A stretch of DNA of 32,891 nt from a virus (Duplodnaviria; Caudoviricetes), in the IMG/VR virus record IMGVR_UViG_3300033402_000035, positions 1-32,891 of that record; one strand, 5' to 3'. Position numbers and translations under genes: made by a program. The number at the start of each line of letters is the position of its first letter. Position 1 is the first letter of the stretch. Shown here one piece after another: positions 5,874-15,070 of the stretch. The notes below the pieces were generated by a model, which did not search any database, had not been told where the DNA came from, and worked only from the letters and a program-made list of their open reading frames with translations.

Positions 5874-8398
5874 TGGGTTTCTTTTTTCAAAACGATGTTG
5901 TAACTGCGCCGGCAACGGCAGTCGGCCGACATCGCGCTGTTCCTGCCGAAACGCAGCTTAATCTGTTTTCGCCAAACGCGCGCGGCTGCGATGCTTGCCC
6001 GCTCAAGAATAAGTGGCATCGCCTTTCCTCACCGCGTATGCCCGCGACCGGCAACGGCGATATACTAATTTTAGGAGAAGCGCCTGGCGAAAACGAGGAT
6101 CAACAGAATACACAGTTTATTGGGAATACCGGTAAACTATTACGCAGCGTGATTCCGGGCCGTGAATTTGACCGGCTGGTCTGGCAAAATACCGTGCGCT
6201 GCCGCCCACCTGAGAATCGCGATCCATCACCGCGCGAGGCGCATGCGTGCAGCGTGTACCTGGAGCAGGATATTGCTGAGCACAAGATCAAGGCCGTCCT
6301 CGGCGTCGGAGGCGTTCCGCTACGACGCTATTTCGACGGCAGCAACATTACGCGCATCCACGGCACCAGGTTCCCAGTCCAGATCGGTGAGCAAACCCTT
6401 TGGTATTACCCCGTCCTGCATCCGTCATTTGTACTGCGCGGCGGCGGCGACAGATCGACTGCGTACCCTGTCTTTCGCGCTGATATCCGATCCTTCTTTA
6501 AGCAAGTAGATAAATGGCCGAAACCATCTATCGCCGCGATCAGTAAGGACGACGTACTGCTTCCTAAGTCGGCTGGTGAGGCTCTGTCGATTATCGAGCG
6601 GATGCGTGAGCCGTTGGGCGTTGATATCGAGACATCCGCGCTGCGCCCGCATCTGGTCGGCGCCAAGATCATTACAGCGGCCATCAGCGACGGCAAGTTA
6701 ACATGCGCCTGGCCGATCGAGCATCCCGAGTGTACAACGGATTGGGGTCTTGATCTGCTCTTGTACACGACCTCGGCGTTCCGTTGGATTGCGCACAACG
6801 CAGCTTTTGAATATTCCTGGTTTGTGGCAGCAGCGAGGCAGCGCGGCATCGACTATGAGCCTGCGCCTTTCGATGACACAATGGCGCAGGTCCGTCTGTA
6901 CCACGAGCGGGAAACACTGCTCGATCTGAACACTGCCAGCCGCATCCATTTAGGCGTTGCAATCAAAGGGCTGACCGGCGTTAGCGCCAAGCAGATCATG
7001 GCCTATCCGCTCACGGATGTGTTACCCTATAACGGCCTTGACGCGCTTGCCTCTGCGCTGATCTTCCGCAAGCTCAACGGCAAGGTCAAGAAAGAGTCCT
7101 ACCATCGCATCCTCGAATCTGTTGTCAGCACCAGCGAAATGGAACTGGCGGGCTTGCCGATCGATCTTGAGAAGGCCAAGCTGCTCGACATCAAATGGAC
7201 TGACAAGGCAATCCAGGCCAAGGCAGCCGCCAAAACAATTTATGAGGTGCGCGCATTCGAGCAAGCCCGACAAACGGAATGGCGGATCAGCGCGCCCGAT
7301 GACGTTGGCGCTGCGCTAGCAGAATACGGCCGGCTTGAGTTGAAGGAGACCAAGGGCGGAAAACACTATTCGACCGGTGACCAGGAACTGCACAAAGCGT
7401 CGCCTGACCATCCGCTGATCAAAGCTGTGCTCGAATTTCGTAACGCTGCCAAGATGCGCTCAACATACATTAGCCCGATTCTTTCAGCAGCCAAATTACA
7501 TGCGGATGGACTAATACATCCCGGATATACTACAATGCTAACGGCGACGCTGCGCTTGTCATCGGAAACGCCGAACATCCAAAACTTCCCTAAGCGCACC
7601 AAGGAGGGGCGCGAGCTTCGGGAAATGGTTGTCGCCGGTCCTGGCTTGGTTTTGGTCTCCTTCGACTTCAAGCAGCTTGAAGTGCGAATTGAAGCCTGTG
7701 CGGCGCGCGATAATGCTTTGTGCAACAGCATCATCCGCGGTGAAGACATCCATGCAATCTGGCGCGACAAGATCCTTGATATTTATCCTGACTATTGGAA
7801 TCGAATAGTAGAGAAGTCTGGCGAGTCTGTGAAAGAAAAGATCCTCAAAGTTGGGCGCGATCTGATTAAGAGCGATTTTGTATTCGCCTCTTTTTATGGT
7901 GCAACAGTCAGATCATGCGCTGAACGTACCGGGCTGCCCTTTCCGATCATGCAGGAAGTCTCTAACGAGTTCTGGAGCATGTTTGCCGGCGTGCGCGCAT
8001 GGATCAAAGGGCAGCGCCGCGAATATGCCGACACCGGCAGCGTGCGCACGCTCACCGGGCTAACGCGCCATCAAATCCTACCCGGGCAAGAAGTTATCAA
8101 TACGCCTATCCAAGGAACGGCTGCCGCGGCCGTGCTTGAAGCACAAAATGCAATGTCACAAATGGCACTGAAAGAGCGTGATCCTTTCCTTCATCCGCGA
8201 ATTAACATCCACGACGATCTAACATTCTTGTTACCGGACGATGGGCGTTTGCCTCAGTATATAAAGCTGATAGGAGAAACCATGGTCAAGTGCCGCTTCG
8301 ACTGGCAAATCGTCCCGCTCGCTGTTGATTGCACGATCGGCACTGACTGGGCGAACATGGAATACGTTTCCTCTTTCACAGGGGATTATATGCGATGA
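5873..8398 (+). CDS. family A DNA polymerase with N-terminal family-4 uracil-DNA glycosylase domain and 3'-5' exonuclease (SPO1-type architecture)
   Basis: UDG: CDAC, GEAPG, NTVRCRPPENRDP, HPSFVLR. Exonuclease: DIET, HNAAFE, YNGLD. Polymerase: TATLRLSSETPNIQNFP, DFKQLEVR (motif A), RDLIKSDFVFASFYG (motif B), NTPIQG, IHDD (motif C). Confidence 0.95.
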   Translation: MGFFFQNDVVTAPATAVGRHRAVPAETQLNLFSPNARGCDACPLKNKWHRLSSPRMPATGNGDILILGEAPGENEDQQNTQFIGNTGKLLRSVIPGREFDRLVWQNTVRCRPPENRDPSPREAHACSVYLEQDIAEHKIKAVLGVGGVPLRRYFDGSNITRIHGTRFPVQIGEQTLWYYPVLHPSFVLRGGGDRSTAYPVFRADIRSFFKQVDKWPKPSIAAISKDDVLLPKSAGEALSIIERMREPLGVDIETSALRPHLVGAKIITAAISDGKLTCAWPIEHPECTTDWGLDLLLYTTSAFRWIAHNAAFEYSWFVAAARQRGIDYEPAPFDDTMAQVRLYHERETLLDLNTASRIHLGVAIKGLTGVSAKQIMAYPLTDVLPYNGLDALASALIFRKLNGKVKKESYHRILESVVSTSEMELAGLPIDLEKAKLLDIKWTDKAIQAKAAAKTIYEVRAFEQARQTEWRISAPDDVGAALAEYGRLELKETKGGKHYSTGDQELHKASPDHPLIKAVLEFRNAAKMRSTYISPILSAAKLHADGLIHPGYTTMLTATLRLSSETPNIQNFPKRTKEGRELREMVVAGPGLVLVSFDFKQLEVRIEACAARDNALCNSIIRGEDIHAIWRDKILDIYPDYWNRIVEKSGESVKEKILKVGRDLIKSDFVFASFYGATVRSCAERTGLPFPIMQEVSNEFWSMFAGVRAWIKGQRREYADTGSVRTLTGLTRHQILPGQEVINTPIQGTAAAAVLEAQNAMSQMALKERDPFLHPRINIHDDLTFLLPDDGRLPQYIKLIGETMVKCRFDWQIVPLAVDCTIGTDWANMEYVSSFTGDYMR

Positions 8399-8417
8399 AC
8401 CGCTGGGGAAATAACTG

Positions 8418-8915
8418 ATGACCGCTATTTACGAAGCCCAATACGCCGCGCTCAAGACCAAGCTGGCGATCGATATGCTGCGCTTCGATCAAGAATTGAT
8501 CGAGATCGCACAGCTCGTCCAGGAGGCGGCGGAGCTTTCGGCGACAATGACCGCATTACGTGATACCGCGAAAATGGATCTCGACACCGTGACTGCCGTG
8601 GCGGCATCCCGGCTTCGCGGTGTTCTTGACGACAAGGGCAAGGCGCGGTCGGAGACCGCCATTGCTTCTGAGTTGCCGCTAGTTGACAAGGTACAGGATG
8701 CGCGCACCGCATTAATCGAGGCGGAACGGGAGTCGTCAATCTACCGCAGCCTTGTCGAGACACTGAGGCATAAGAAGGAGGCGTTACGCACGCTATCCGA
8801 GCAGATGGTCGCAGGCTTCATGACGCCATCCTCGCTTTCGGTTAACGCGCGCAAGGAAATCAACGAGGTCCGCCAGGCGGGCATCACGCGGCGGGCAGTA
8901 ACAAGCGGGACCTGA
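8418..8915 (+). CDS. UvsY-like recombination mediator (helical)
   Basis: All-helical/coiled-coil character; size and position next to SSB and RecA fit UvsY-like phage proteins (inference). Confidence 0.5.
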   Translation: MTAIYEAQYAALKTKLAIDMLRFDQELIEIAQLVQEAAELSATMTALRDTAKMDLDTVTAVAASRLRGVLDDKGKARSETAIASELPLVDKVQDARTALIEAERESSIYRSLVETLRHKKEALRTLSEQMVAGFMTPSSLSVNARKEINEVRQAGITRRAVTSGT

Positions 8916-9058
8916 TGGACACGCTTCGTTTCATCGGACTGGCGATCATCTTAACAATGATGACGGCTGTGTTCCTCTACGCAGCCGCTCGACTCGTGTT
9001 TACAGCGTGGTTCCGCAGTAAGCAGGACTTTTACCAATCTCAACACAAGGAGAAATAA
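8915..9058 (+). CDS. small membrane protein (47 aa; absent from the ORF track)
   Basis: TGATG coupling; MDTLRFIGLAIILTMMTAVFLYAAARLVFTAWFRSKQDFYQSQHKEK has one hydrophobic helix and fills the gap exactly. Confidence 0.65.
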   Translation: MDTLRFIGLAIILTMMTAVFLYAAARLVFTAWFRSKQDFYQSQHKEK

Positions 9059-9059
9059 C

Positions 9060-10067
9060 ATGGCTTTCCAATACAAGAAACGTGATCCAAGCGCCTGGGA
9101 GAAGCGCGCATCCCAACAGGGCGGCGACTACCAGGGCTTCATCGTCGATGAAGCCAAGGTATATACACCCAAGAAGGGTGACAACTTCGTACGCATCCTG
9201 CCGCCGACTTTCGAGGGCGCTGACCACTACGGCCTGGATGTATGGGTGCATTACGGCATCGGTCCGGATCGCGCCTCGGCGATCTGTTTACAGAAAATGA
9301 AGAACATGCCCTGCCCGCTTTGCGAGGCGCGTGCGCGGGCGGAACGCAGCGGCGACGAAGACCTGGCCGATGAACTTAAGCCCAGCCGTCGCGTCATGGT
9401 TTACATGCTCGACCGTAAGGACGAAGCGGCGGGGCCGCAGGTCTGGTCGATGCCTTGGACACTTGACCGGGATGTCTGCAAGATCAGCCGCGACAAGCGC
9501 ACCGGCCAGGTCTATGCCATCGACGACCCGAACGAGGGCTACGACCTTTCTTTCGAGCGCGAGGGCGACGGCTTACTGGTCAAATATACCGGTATCCAGC
9601 TTAGCCGGCGGCCGTCATCGGTTAACGAGGAAACGCTCGAATACATCTCGACGCTGCCGCTGCCGATGGTGCTGCGCTGGCGTGAATACCAAGAACTGCA
9701 TGATCTGTTTGCCGGCAGCGGCATGGAGCAAACAGCAGTGGCCAACAAGCCGGCTGCCCCGGTATCGCCCGCTCGGCGACCTGTTGCTGCTGCACGTCCG
9801 GCAACGTCGCCCCCTGCGGCAGAAGAGCCGCCGCCTCCCGAACCGCCGGAGGTGGTCAACGTGACCGAAGATGTCGCGGAACTTTTCAAGAAACGTTTCG
9901 GCGACGAAGAGCCGCTATATGATGGCGATTTTTACCAGCAAGTCGGAAACCCGGCTCCTGCCCGTGATCCCCCTCCAAGGCCGACAGCGCCGGCTGCCGT
10001 TCCATCCGGCGAAGTCACCGGCAAATCGCGCGCTGCGTTGCTGCGCGAGAAACTCACCGGCCGCTGA
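9060..10067 (+). CDS. T4 gp32-like single-stranded DNA-binding protein
   Basis: GDNFVRILPP, putative Zn ligands VHY...CLQKMKNMPCPLC, IDDPNEGYDL, Pro/Ala-rich C-terminal linker; AAGGAG RBS. Confidence 0.8.
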   Translation: MAFQYKKRDPSAWEKRASQQGGDYQGFIVDEAKVYTPKKGDNFVRILPPTFEGADHYGLDVWVHYGIGPDRASAICLQKMKNMPCPLCEARARAERSGDEDLADELKPSRRVMVYMLDRKDEAAGPQVWSMPWTLDRDVCKISRDKRTGQVYAIDDPNEGYDLSFEREGDGLLVKYTGIQLSRRPSSVNEETLEYISTLPLPMVLRWREYQELHDLFAGSGMEQTAVANKPAAPVSPARRPVAAARPATSPPAAEEPPPPEPPEVVNVTEDVAELFKKRFGDEEPLYDGDFYQQVGNPAPARDPPPRPTAPAAVPSGEVTGKSRAALLREKLTGR

Positions 10068-10125
10068 TCCACTTGATTACGCTAGTCGCTCGGGCGATCT
10101 CGGGCAGCTATACGAAGGAGAAGAT

Positions 10126-10578
10126 ATGTCCGACAAACTAACGCAGCTTGGTCATCGCTCGGAGATTGCTGCCTCACCACATGAAGCATTCCTGGAAAAG
10201 ATCGCAGTCCCGGACGTAGGCATGTTGGGAACAGTTATCCGGTTAAGTGCGACGGAATTCACCTCGTTGTGCCTAGTGACCGGCCAGCCGGATTTCGCGA
10301 CAATCTACGTTGATTACGTGCCGAGAAACTGGCTGATCGAATCCAAGTCCTACAGGCTGTTCTTGAGCTCATTCCGTACCTTCAGGACTTTCCACGAGGA
10401 AGCGACGGTGGTGATCCGTGATCGGCTTGTACTTGCGCTCGATCCGGTTTATCTGCGTGTCGCCGCTTTCTGGTACCCGGGCGGCGGCATCCCCATCGAC
10501 GTTTTCTGCCAATATGGCAGGCTGCCGGCGAACTGCTGGGCGCCCGATCTCGGTATCCCGGCCTTCCGGGGCCGTTAA
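10126..10578 (+). CDS. queF: 7-cyano-7-deazaguanine reductase QueF (type I), divergent
   Basis: EFTSLC..TGQPDFA, IESKS, FHE, FWYPGGGIPIDVF; AAGGAG RBS at 10115-10120 before ATG 10126. Confidence 0.88.
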   Translation: MSDKLTQLGHRSEIAASPHEAFLEKIAVPDVGMLGTVIRLSATEFTSLCLVTGQPDFATIYVDYVPRNWLIESKSYRLFLSSFRTFRTFHEEATVVIRDRLVLALDPVYLRVAAFWYPGGGIPIDVFCQYGRLPANCWAPDLGIPAFRGR

Positions 10579-10580
10579 AC

Positions 10581-11594
10581 ATGGTCAAGCGCCACGTCGT
10601 TGTTGCACCGATCGTTGATCGACCGGCCAGTTACTTCCCTGACAGCTTCATTTCGTCGGGGTCGTTCCTGCTTGATTGCGTGCTTGGGGGCGGCTGGGCA
10701 CGTGGTCGGGTGATCAATATCGTCGGCGACAAATCATCCGGCAAGACGCTGCTCGCCATCGAGGCGTGCGCCAACTTTGCGCGCAAATACAACACTGTAG
10801 ATATTCGTTACGTCGAGCCGGAGAACGCCTTCCTACGCTCCTGGGCAGAGGCGGTCGGTTTCCCGCCAGGCGTCCGACTTACCGAAGAGGGTAAGGCGCG
10901 TATTGACACCGTTGAGGCATATTACGAGGATGTCGTTGCGTTCCTCAAGGATCGGGTTGGCGCCAAGCGTCCGTGTATGCACATCCTTGACTCGCTCGAC
11001 GCGCTTTCTGATGACGCCGAGCATGGGCGCGCATTTGGCGAAAGCACCTGGGGCGTGGGCAAGCCAAAGGCGATCTCTGAGATGTTCCGCCGGCTGATCG
11101 GTGACATCCGTGATGCCGACTGCCTACTCGTTATCATCTCGCAAATACGTGACAATATCGGCGTCACATTCGGTGAAACAAAGAAGCGCAGCGGTGGCCG
11201 AGCACTCGACTTCTACGCTTCACAAGTGCTATGGCTGGCGGAGACAAGCAAGATCAAGCGCACGGTACTAGGCGTCGATCGCGTGATCGGCACCTCTGTA
11301 CTCGCCCGCACTAAGAAGAACAAGGTGGGGATACCTTTTCGCGAAGCCGAGCTCGTTGTGATTTTTAACTACGGCTTCGACGATGAAGCCAGCATGATTA
11401 ACTGGTTGGTCAAGCACAAAGCGATTGACCTCCTTGGTATCACTGACAAAGACGCGAGGAAGCTCCTCTCCGACGCGCGTCACGCTCAAGATCCGCACGC
11501 ACTCTTTGAGCTGCGCGAAAGTTTACGCGCCGCGGTATATAAGCATTGGCAGCACATCGAATCCGAGCTGGCGCCGACCGTGAGAAAATACTGA
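10581..11594 (+). CDS. recA: RecA/UvsX recombinase
   Basis: ISSGSFLLDCVLGGGWARGRVINIVGDKSSGKT, ILDSL, IISQIRDNIGVTFG, SGGRALDFYAS, KKNKVG.PFREAE. Confidence 0.95.
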   Translation: MVKRHVVVAPIVDRPASYFPDSFISSGSFLLDCVLGGGWARGRVINIVGDKSSGKTLLAIEACANFARKYNTVDIRYVEPENAFLRSWAEAVGFPPGVRLTEEGKARIDTVEAYYEDVVAFLKDRVGAKRPCMHILDSLDALSDDAEHGRAFGESTWGVGKPKAISEMFRRLIGDIRDADCLLVIISQIRDNIGVTFGETKKRSGGRALDFYASQVLWLAETSKIKRTVLGVDRVIGTSVLARTKKNKVGIPFREAELVVIFNYGFDDEASMINWLVKHKAIDLLGITDKDARKLLSDARHAQDPHALFELRESLRAAVYKHWQHIESELAPTVRKY

Positions 11595-11620
11595 GAAACT
11601 TCATTCAGAATGGTGACGTG

Positions 11621-12211
11621 ATGTTACCAGGTCGTGGACACGAAAAGGGCGCTGAGTTTGAACGTGTTGTCGGCCGACAGCTTAGCTTTTGGCTGACTCA
11701 CGACAAGCGCGCCGACCTGTTCACACGCAACGTGCTGTCCGGCGGATCGTTTACCCGTCGCGTTGCCTCAGATGACAAAGCGGCCGGGATACCAGGCGAC
11801 ATTATGGCTAAACATCCGCTGGCCTACAGTTTCCTCCAGACTTTTTTGATCGAGTGTAAACACTACGCAGATCTAGGCATGCTGCCTTTTTTGCTCGACT
11901 TAGAGGGTACATCATTCCTTGCAAAGACTCTACATCACGCGCAAATCCAGGCGGCGCAGGCGAATGTCCATTTCCTGGTGATCGCCAAACAGAACCGGAT
12001 TGTGCCGCTAGTGATCATGTCGCACCGATTGGGCGAGCTTGCATGGGCGGCAGCTTACCCGAAAGGCAAGTTCATCGCGCACCGACTACATAATCGCTAC
12101 TTCATGACGACGCTGCCCTGCCTAATGTTCTATATTCAGGCGCGCGCGTTTGTAAGCGAGGCTGCCGGCATGTTAACCGTGAAACGCCGCCCACTTTCCT
12201 CGGTGCAATAA
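11621..12211 (+). CDS. PD-(D/E)XK nuclease, Holliday junction resolvase-like
   Basis: KGAEFER, PGDI and IECKHY motifs; start placed at ATG 11621 after the RecA stop. Confidence 0.75.
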   Translation: MLPGRGHEKGAEFERVVGRQLSFWLTHDKRADLFTRNVLSGGSFTRRVASDDKAAGIPGDIMAKHPLAYSFLQTFLIECKHYADLGMLPFLLDLEGTSFLAKTLHHAQIQAAQANVHFLVIAKQNRIVPLVIMSHRLGELAWAAAYPKGKFIAHRLHNRYFMTTLPCLMFYIQARAFVSEAAGMLTVKRRPLSSVQ

Positions 12212-12212
12212 C

Positions 12213-13226
12213 ATGCTTCGTCTATGCACGGCCGATTTACATTTAACAGATAATGCGGCGGAGGACTATCGCTGGAAGGTATTCCAGCATGTGCGTAAGG
12301 TACTGGACGCGTACAAGTGCGCGCATCTGCACATCGTTGGCGATTTGACAGACAAAAAAGACAGGCACAGCGGCGCGCTTGTTAATAGAATGCTGCGCGA
12401 GATGCGCGCGCTGATTGATAACGGCGCCCGGATCGAGCTAATTCTTGGCAACCACGACATGCCATTAACTGGTGAGCCCTTCTGGGCGGCACTTAACTAT
12501 GCCTTCGGCGCTGATTCCGGGTTCCGCGTAATCACGCAACCCGAGCGATCCGGTAACATTATCTCTCTGCCATTCGCGCCCGATCCCACCGAGGCATGGA
12601 AGAGCATCGACTTCCGGCCAGAGTTTACTGTCCTCATGCACCAGCCCGTTGATGGCGCTATTGCAGCGAACGGCCATCCTGTCACCGGCCTCGACACCAG
12701 TATATTCCCGCGCGGCGTGAAAGTTTACTCGGGCGATATTCATCTACCGCAAGTCATCGGCCCGATCACTTATATTGGAGCGCCGCATCATGTCAGCTTT
12801 GGCGATGAGCACCCCTGCCGGTTTCTGTTGCTCGACGCTCGTGGTACCGCAACAGAGGTGCTCCTGCCTGCAATCCGCAAGGCGATAGTGTCCATCACCA
12901 GTGCCGCCGATCTTGACAGCGCGGAACTATCGGACGGCGATCAAGCTCGTATCCGCGCGACTATCCCGTTCTCCCGCATTGAGCAATGGCCGGTCGAAGA
13001 GGAAGCAATCCGCGCCTGGGCATCCGAGCATAACGTGACAATCGCCTCAATTGATGTCGAGGTGAGCACGATCCGCAGGCGCGGGGCCGCAGCGCAGGGA
13101 GACGTACTTAATAAAACGCCTGGCAACGTTTTGCGCGCCTTCGCAGCGTCAGAAGGTATCGAGGGGCCGGCCCTCGATGCGGGCCTGTTACTGCTTGAGG
13201 AAACGATCGGTAATCAGGCATCATGA
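12213..13226 (+). CDS. sbcD: Mre11/SbcD/gp47-like metallophosphoesterase nuclease
   Basis: ADLHL, VGDLTD, LGNHD, MHQ and SGDIH motifs; coupled to the Rad50-like gene. Confidence 0.9.
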   Translation: MLRLCTADLHLTDNAAEDYRWKVFQHVRKVLDAYKCAHLHIVGDLTDKKDRHSGALVNRMLREMRALIDNGARIELILGNHDMPLTGEPFWAALNYAFGADSGFRVITQPERSGNIISLPFAPDPTEAWKSIDFRPEFTVLMHQPVDGAIAANGHPVTGLDTSIFPRGVKVYSGDIHLPQVIGPITYIGAPHHVSFGDEHPCRFLLLDARGTATEVLLPAIRKAIVSITSAADLDSAELSDGDQARIRATIPFSRIEQWPVEEEAIRAWASEHNVTIASIDVEVSTIRRRGAAAQGDVLNKTPGNVLRAFAASEGIEGPALDAGLLLLEETIGNQAS

Positions 13227-15049
13227 AACGATTGGAACTCAGCGCCCTGACCATTGAGGGCTTCCGCTCCTTCGCCGGCAGCACGACTATCGGGTTTGGC
13301 AAGCCTGGCGGGCTGCATATGCTGTTCGGCAAGAATGAAGTCGAGCCGCGATTGGGCGGCAACGGCGCCGGCAAGAGCACGATATGGGACGCGCTCTGCT
13401 GGTGTTTATTCGGGTTTTCCGCGCGTAACTTACGTGCGTCCGATCTGATGAACTGGTCGCGGAAACAGAACCCGGCAGCTAAGCAGGACGTACATGTGAT
13501 CGTTGACTTGACTATCAATGATGCGCCGTTCATGATCGAGCGGTTCGGCTCGCCTAATAGACTATTGCTAAATAGGCAGCCGATCGAGCAAGACAAGCTG
13601 GAGCGCGAAGTGCTAGGAATCTCCCGCGCTCGCTTTATGCACAGCGTCTTGTTTGGCCAGATGGTACGCCTGTTCATCGACCTGACCGTTCCCGAGCGCG
13701 GCGCGCTACTGGACGAAGTGCTCGATCTCGGTCTGTGGTTACGCGCATCCGATACCGCCAATGCGCGCTACCGCGGGCTGACCGCGGAGTTGCAAACGAT
13801 CGAGAAAGCGTTGGCCTTCTCGCGCGGCAAGCTGGAAGGGCTGGAAAGCGAAGACATTATCCGCGCATGTGAAGACGCTTGGAATGCTAAGCACGATGCT
13901 GTAGTCGAGGCAGCAATCGCCCGCGTTGATATCGAGGAAGCCGAGCTATCCAAGGCGAAAAAACATCAGCTTGCTTGTGCTGTCTTAGTTCAGCTCGCCT
14001 TTGTTGCCCCTGACAACGAGCTAGATAAACAAATACGCGCGCTACACGATTCTCTCTCTGCCCAAGGTCGCGAGCTTGGTGGACTAGATGCTGAGCTTGG
14101 ACGCGAGAACAGAGAGGCGGCGTTCTTCCGCAAAGCGCCCGACAAATGCCTCACGTGCTCGCAACCAATTACAGCCGCATTCGCTGTCGCTGAATTACAC
14201 AAACATGAGACAAAGGCGGCATCTATCGTCGTAACCATGCAGCGGATCGACGCCGCGGTTGCGTATGACAAGGATGTTTTGGCAGCAGCCGAAACGAAGA
14301 AGCGGAAGCGGGACGCTGACTATGAGATGGCTAGAGGCGCATTATCAGCCGCCGAGACTGCTATCACGCGTCAACAGCGCACGGTCGATCTAGCAGTCGA
14401 AGCGGCCGAACGCGAAGCATCTGTCACCAATCCGCACACTGCCCGGCGCGAGTCCGTCCGTGCCCAACGCAGCGCGCTACAGCGTGAAATCGGGGCGCAA
14501 CGGCTTAAACTTGGCAGCATGAAGGAACAGCTCGCCTCCCTCGATTACTGGCGGCAGGGGTTCAAGCGGGTGCGCCTATTTCAAACCAAGCAGTCACTTG
14601 ATCTGCTGCGGCTGGAGGTCGCCAATGCCGCGCAATCACTGGGCTTGATTGGCTGGTCCATCGACTTCGTTACTGAGGTCGAGACCAAGTCCGGGTCGAT
14701 GAAACAGGGCGTGCAAATTGTTGTGACATCGCCGCAGGCAACAGGCGTGTGGGAAGCCTGGTCAGGCGGCGAGGGGCAGCGCATCCGGCTCGCGGTCGCT
14801 ATCGGCCTGGCATCACTAATCCAGCGAATGGCCGGCGTTTTCTATACGTTTGAGATTTGGGATGAGCCCTCTGCATGGTTAAGCCCGGAAGGCATCACCG
14901 ATTTGCTCGACTGCCTGGCGCGGCGCGCACAAATCACCGGAAAGACAGTTTGGGTTGTCGATCACCGGGCACTCGATGCCGGGATGTTCTCAGAAGTCTG
15001 GCAGGTCACAAAGACTAATACTGGCTCTTCTGTACAGCGCATTTCCTGA
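13223..15049 (+). CDS. sbcC: Rad50/SbcC/gp46-like ABC ATPase
   Basis: IEGFRSF, Walker A GNGAGKST, coiled coil with CLTC Zn hook, WSGGE signature, EIWDEP Walker B, VVDH. Confidence 0.92.
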   Translation: MKRLELSALTIEGFRSFAGSTTIGFGKPGGLHMLFGKNEVEPRLGGNGAGKSTIWDALCWCLFGFSARNLRASDLMNWSRKQNPAAKQDVHVIVDLTINDAPFMIERFGSPNRLLLNRQPIEQDKLEREVLGISRARFMHSVLFGQMVRLFIDLTVPERGALLDEVLDLGLWLRASDTANARYRGLTAELQTIEKALAFSRGKLEGLESEDIIRACEDAWNAKHDAVVEAAIARVDIEEAELSKAKKHQLACAVLVQLAFVAPDNELDKQIRALHDSLSAQGRELGGLDAELGRENREAAFFRKAPDKCLTCSQPITAAFAVAELHKHETKAASIVVTMQRIDAAVAYDKDVLAAAETKKRKRDADYEMARGALSAAETAITRQQRTVDLAVEAAEREASVTNPHTARRESVRAQRSALQREIGAQRLKLGSMKEQLASLDYWRQGFKRVRLFQTKQSLDLLRLEVANAAQSLGLIGWSIDFVTEVETKSGSMKQGVQIVVTSPQATGVWEAWSGGEGQRIRLAVAIGLASLIQRMAGVFYTFEIWDEPSAWLSPEGITDLLDCLARRAQITGKTVWVVDHRALDAGMFSEVWQVTKTNTGSSVQRIS

Positions 15050-15070
15050 TAGGTCGGGAAGGGTAGAGAA

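Noticed and set aside
5873-8398. DpoZ-type polymerase of a 2-aminoadenine (Z) genome
   Set aside because: No purZ, datZ or mazZ-like gene in the window, and the architecture matches the UDG-fused type instead.
9865-10125. Open +1 frame upstream of queF, suggesting a longer QueF or an SSB-QueF frameshift fusion at CTT-TTC
   Set aside because: QueF similarity starts at ATG 10126, which has a strong RBS. About 85 stop-free codons are unremarkable in GC-rich DNA, and I saw no frameshift stimulator. Ribosome profiling would settle it.
10068-10125. preQ1 riboswitch upstream of queF
   Set aside because: No preQ1-I stem with A-rich tail or other recognisable aptamer pattern.
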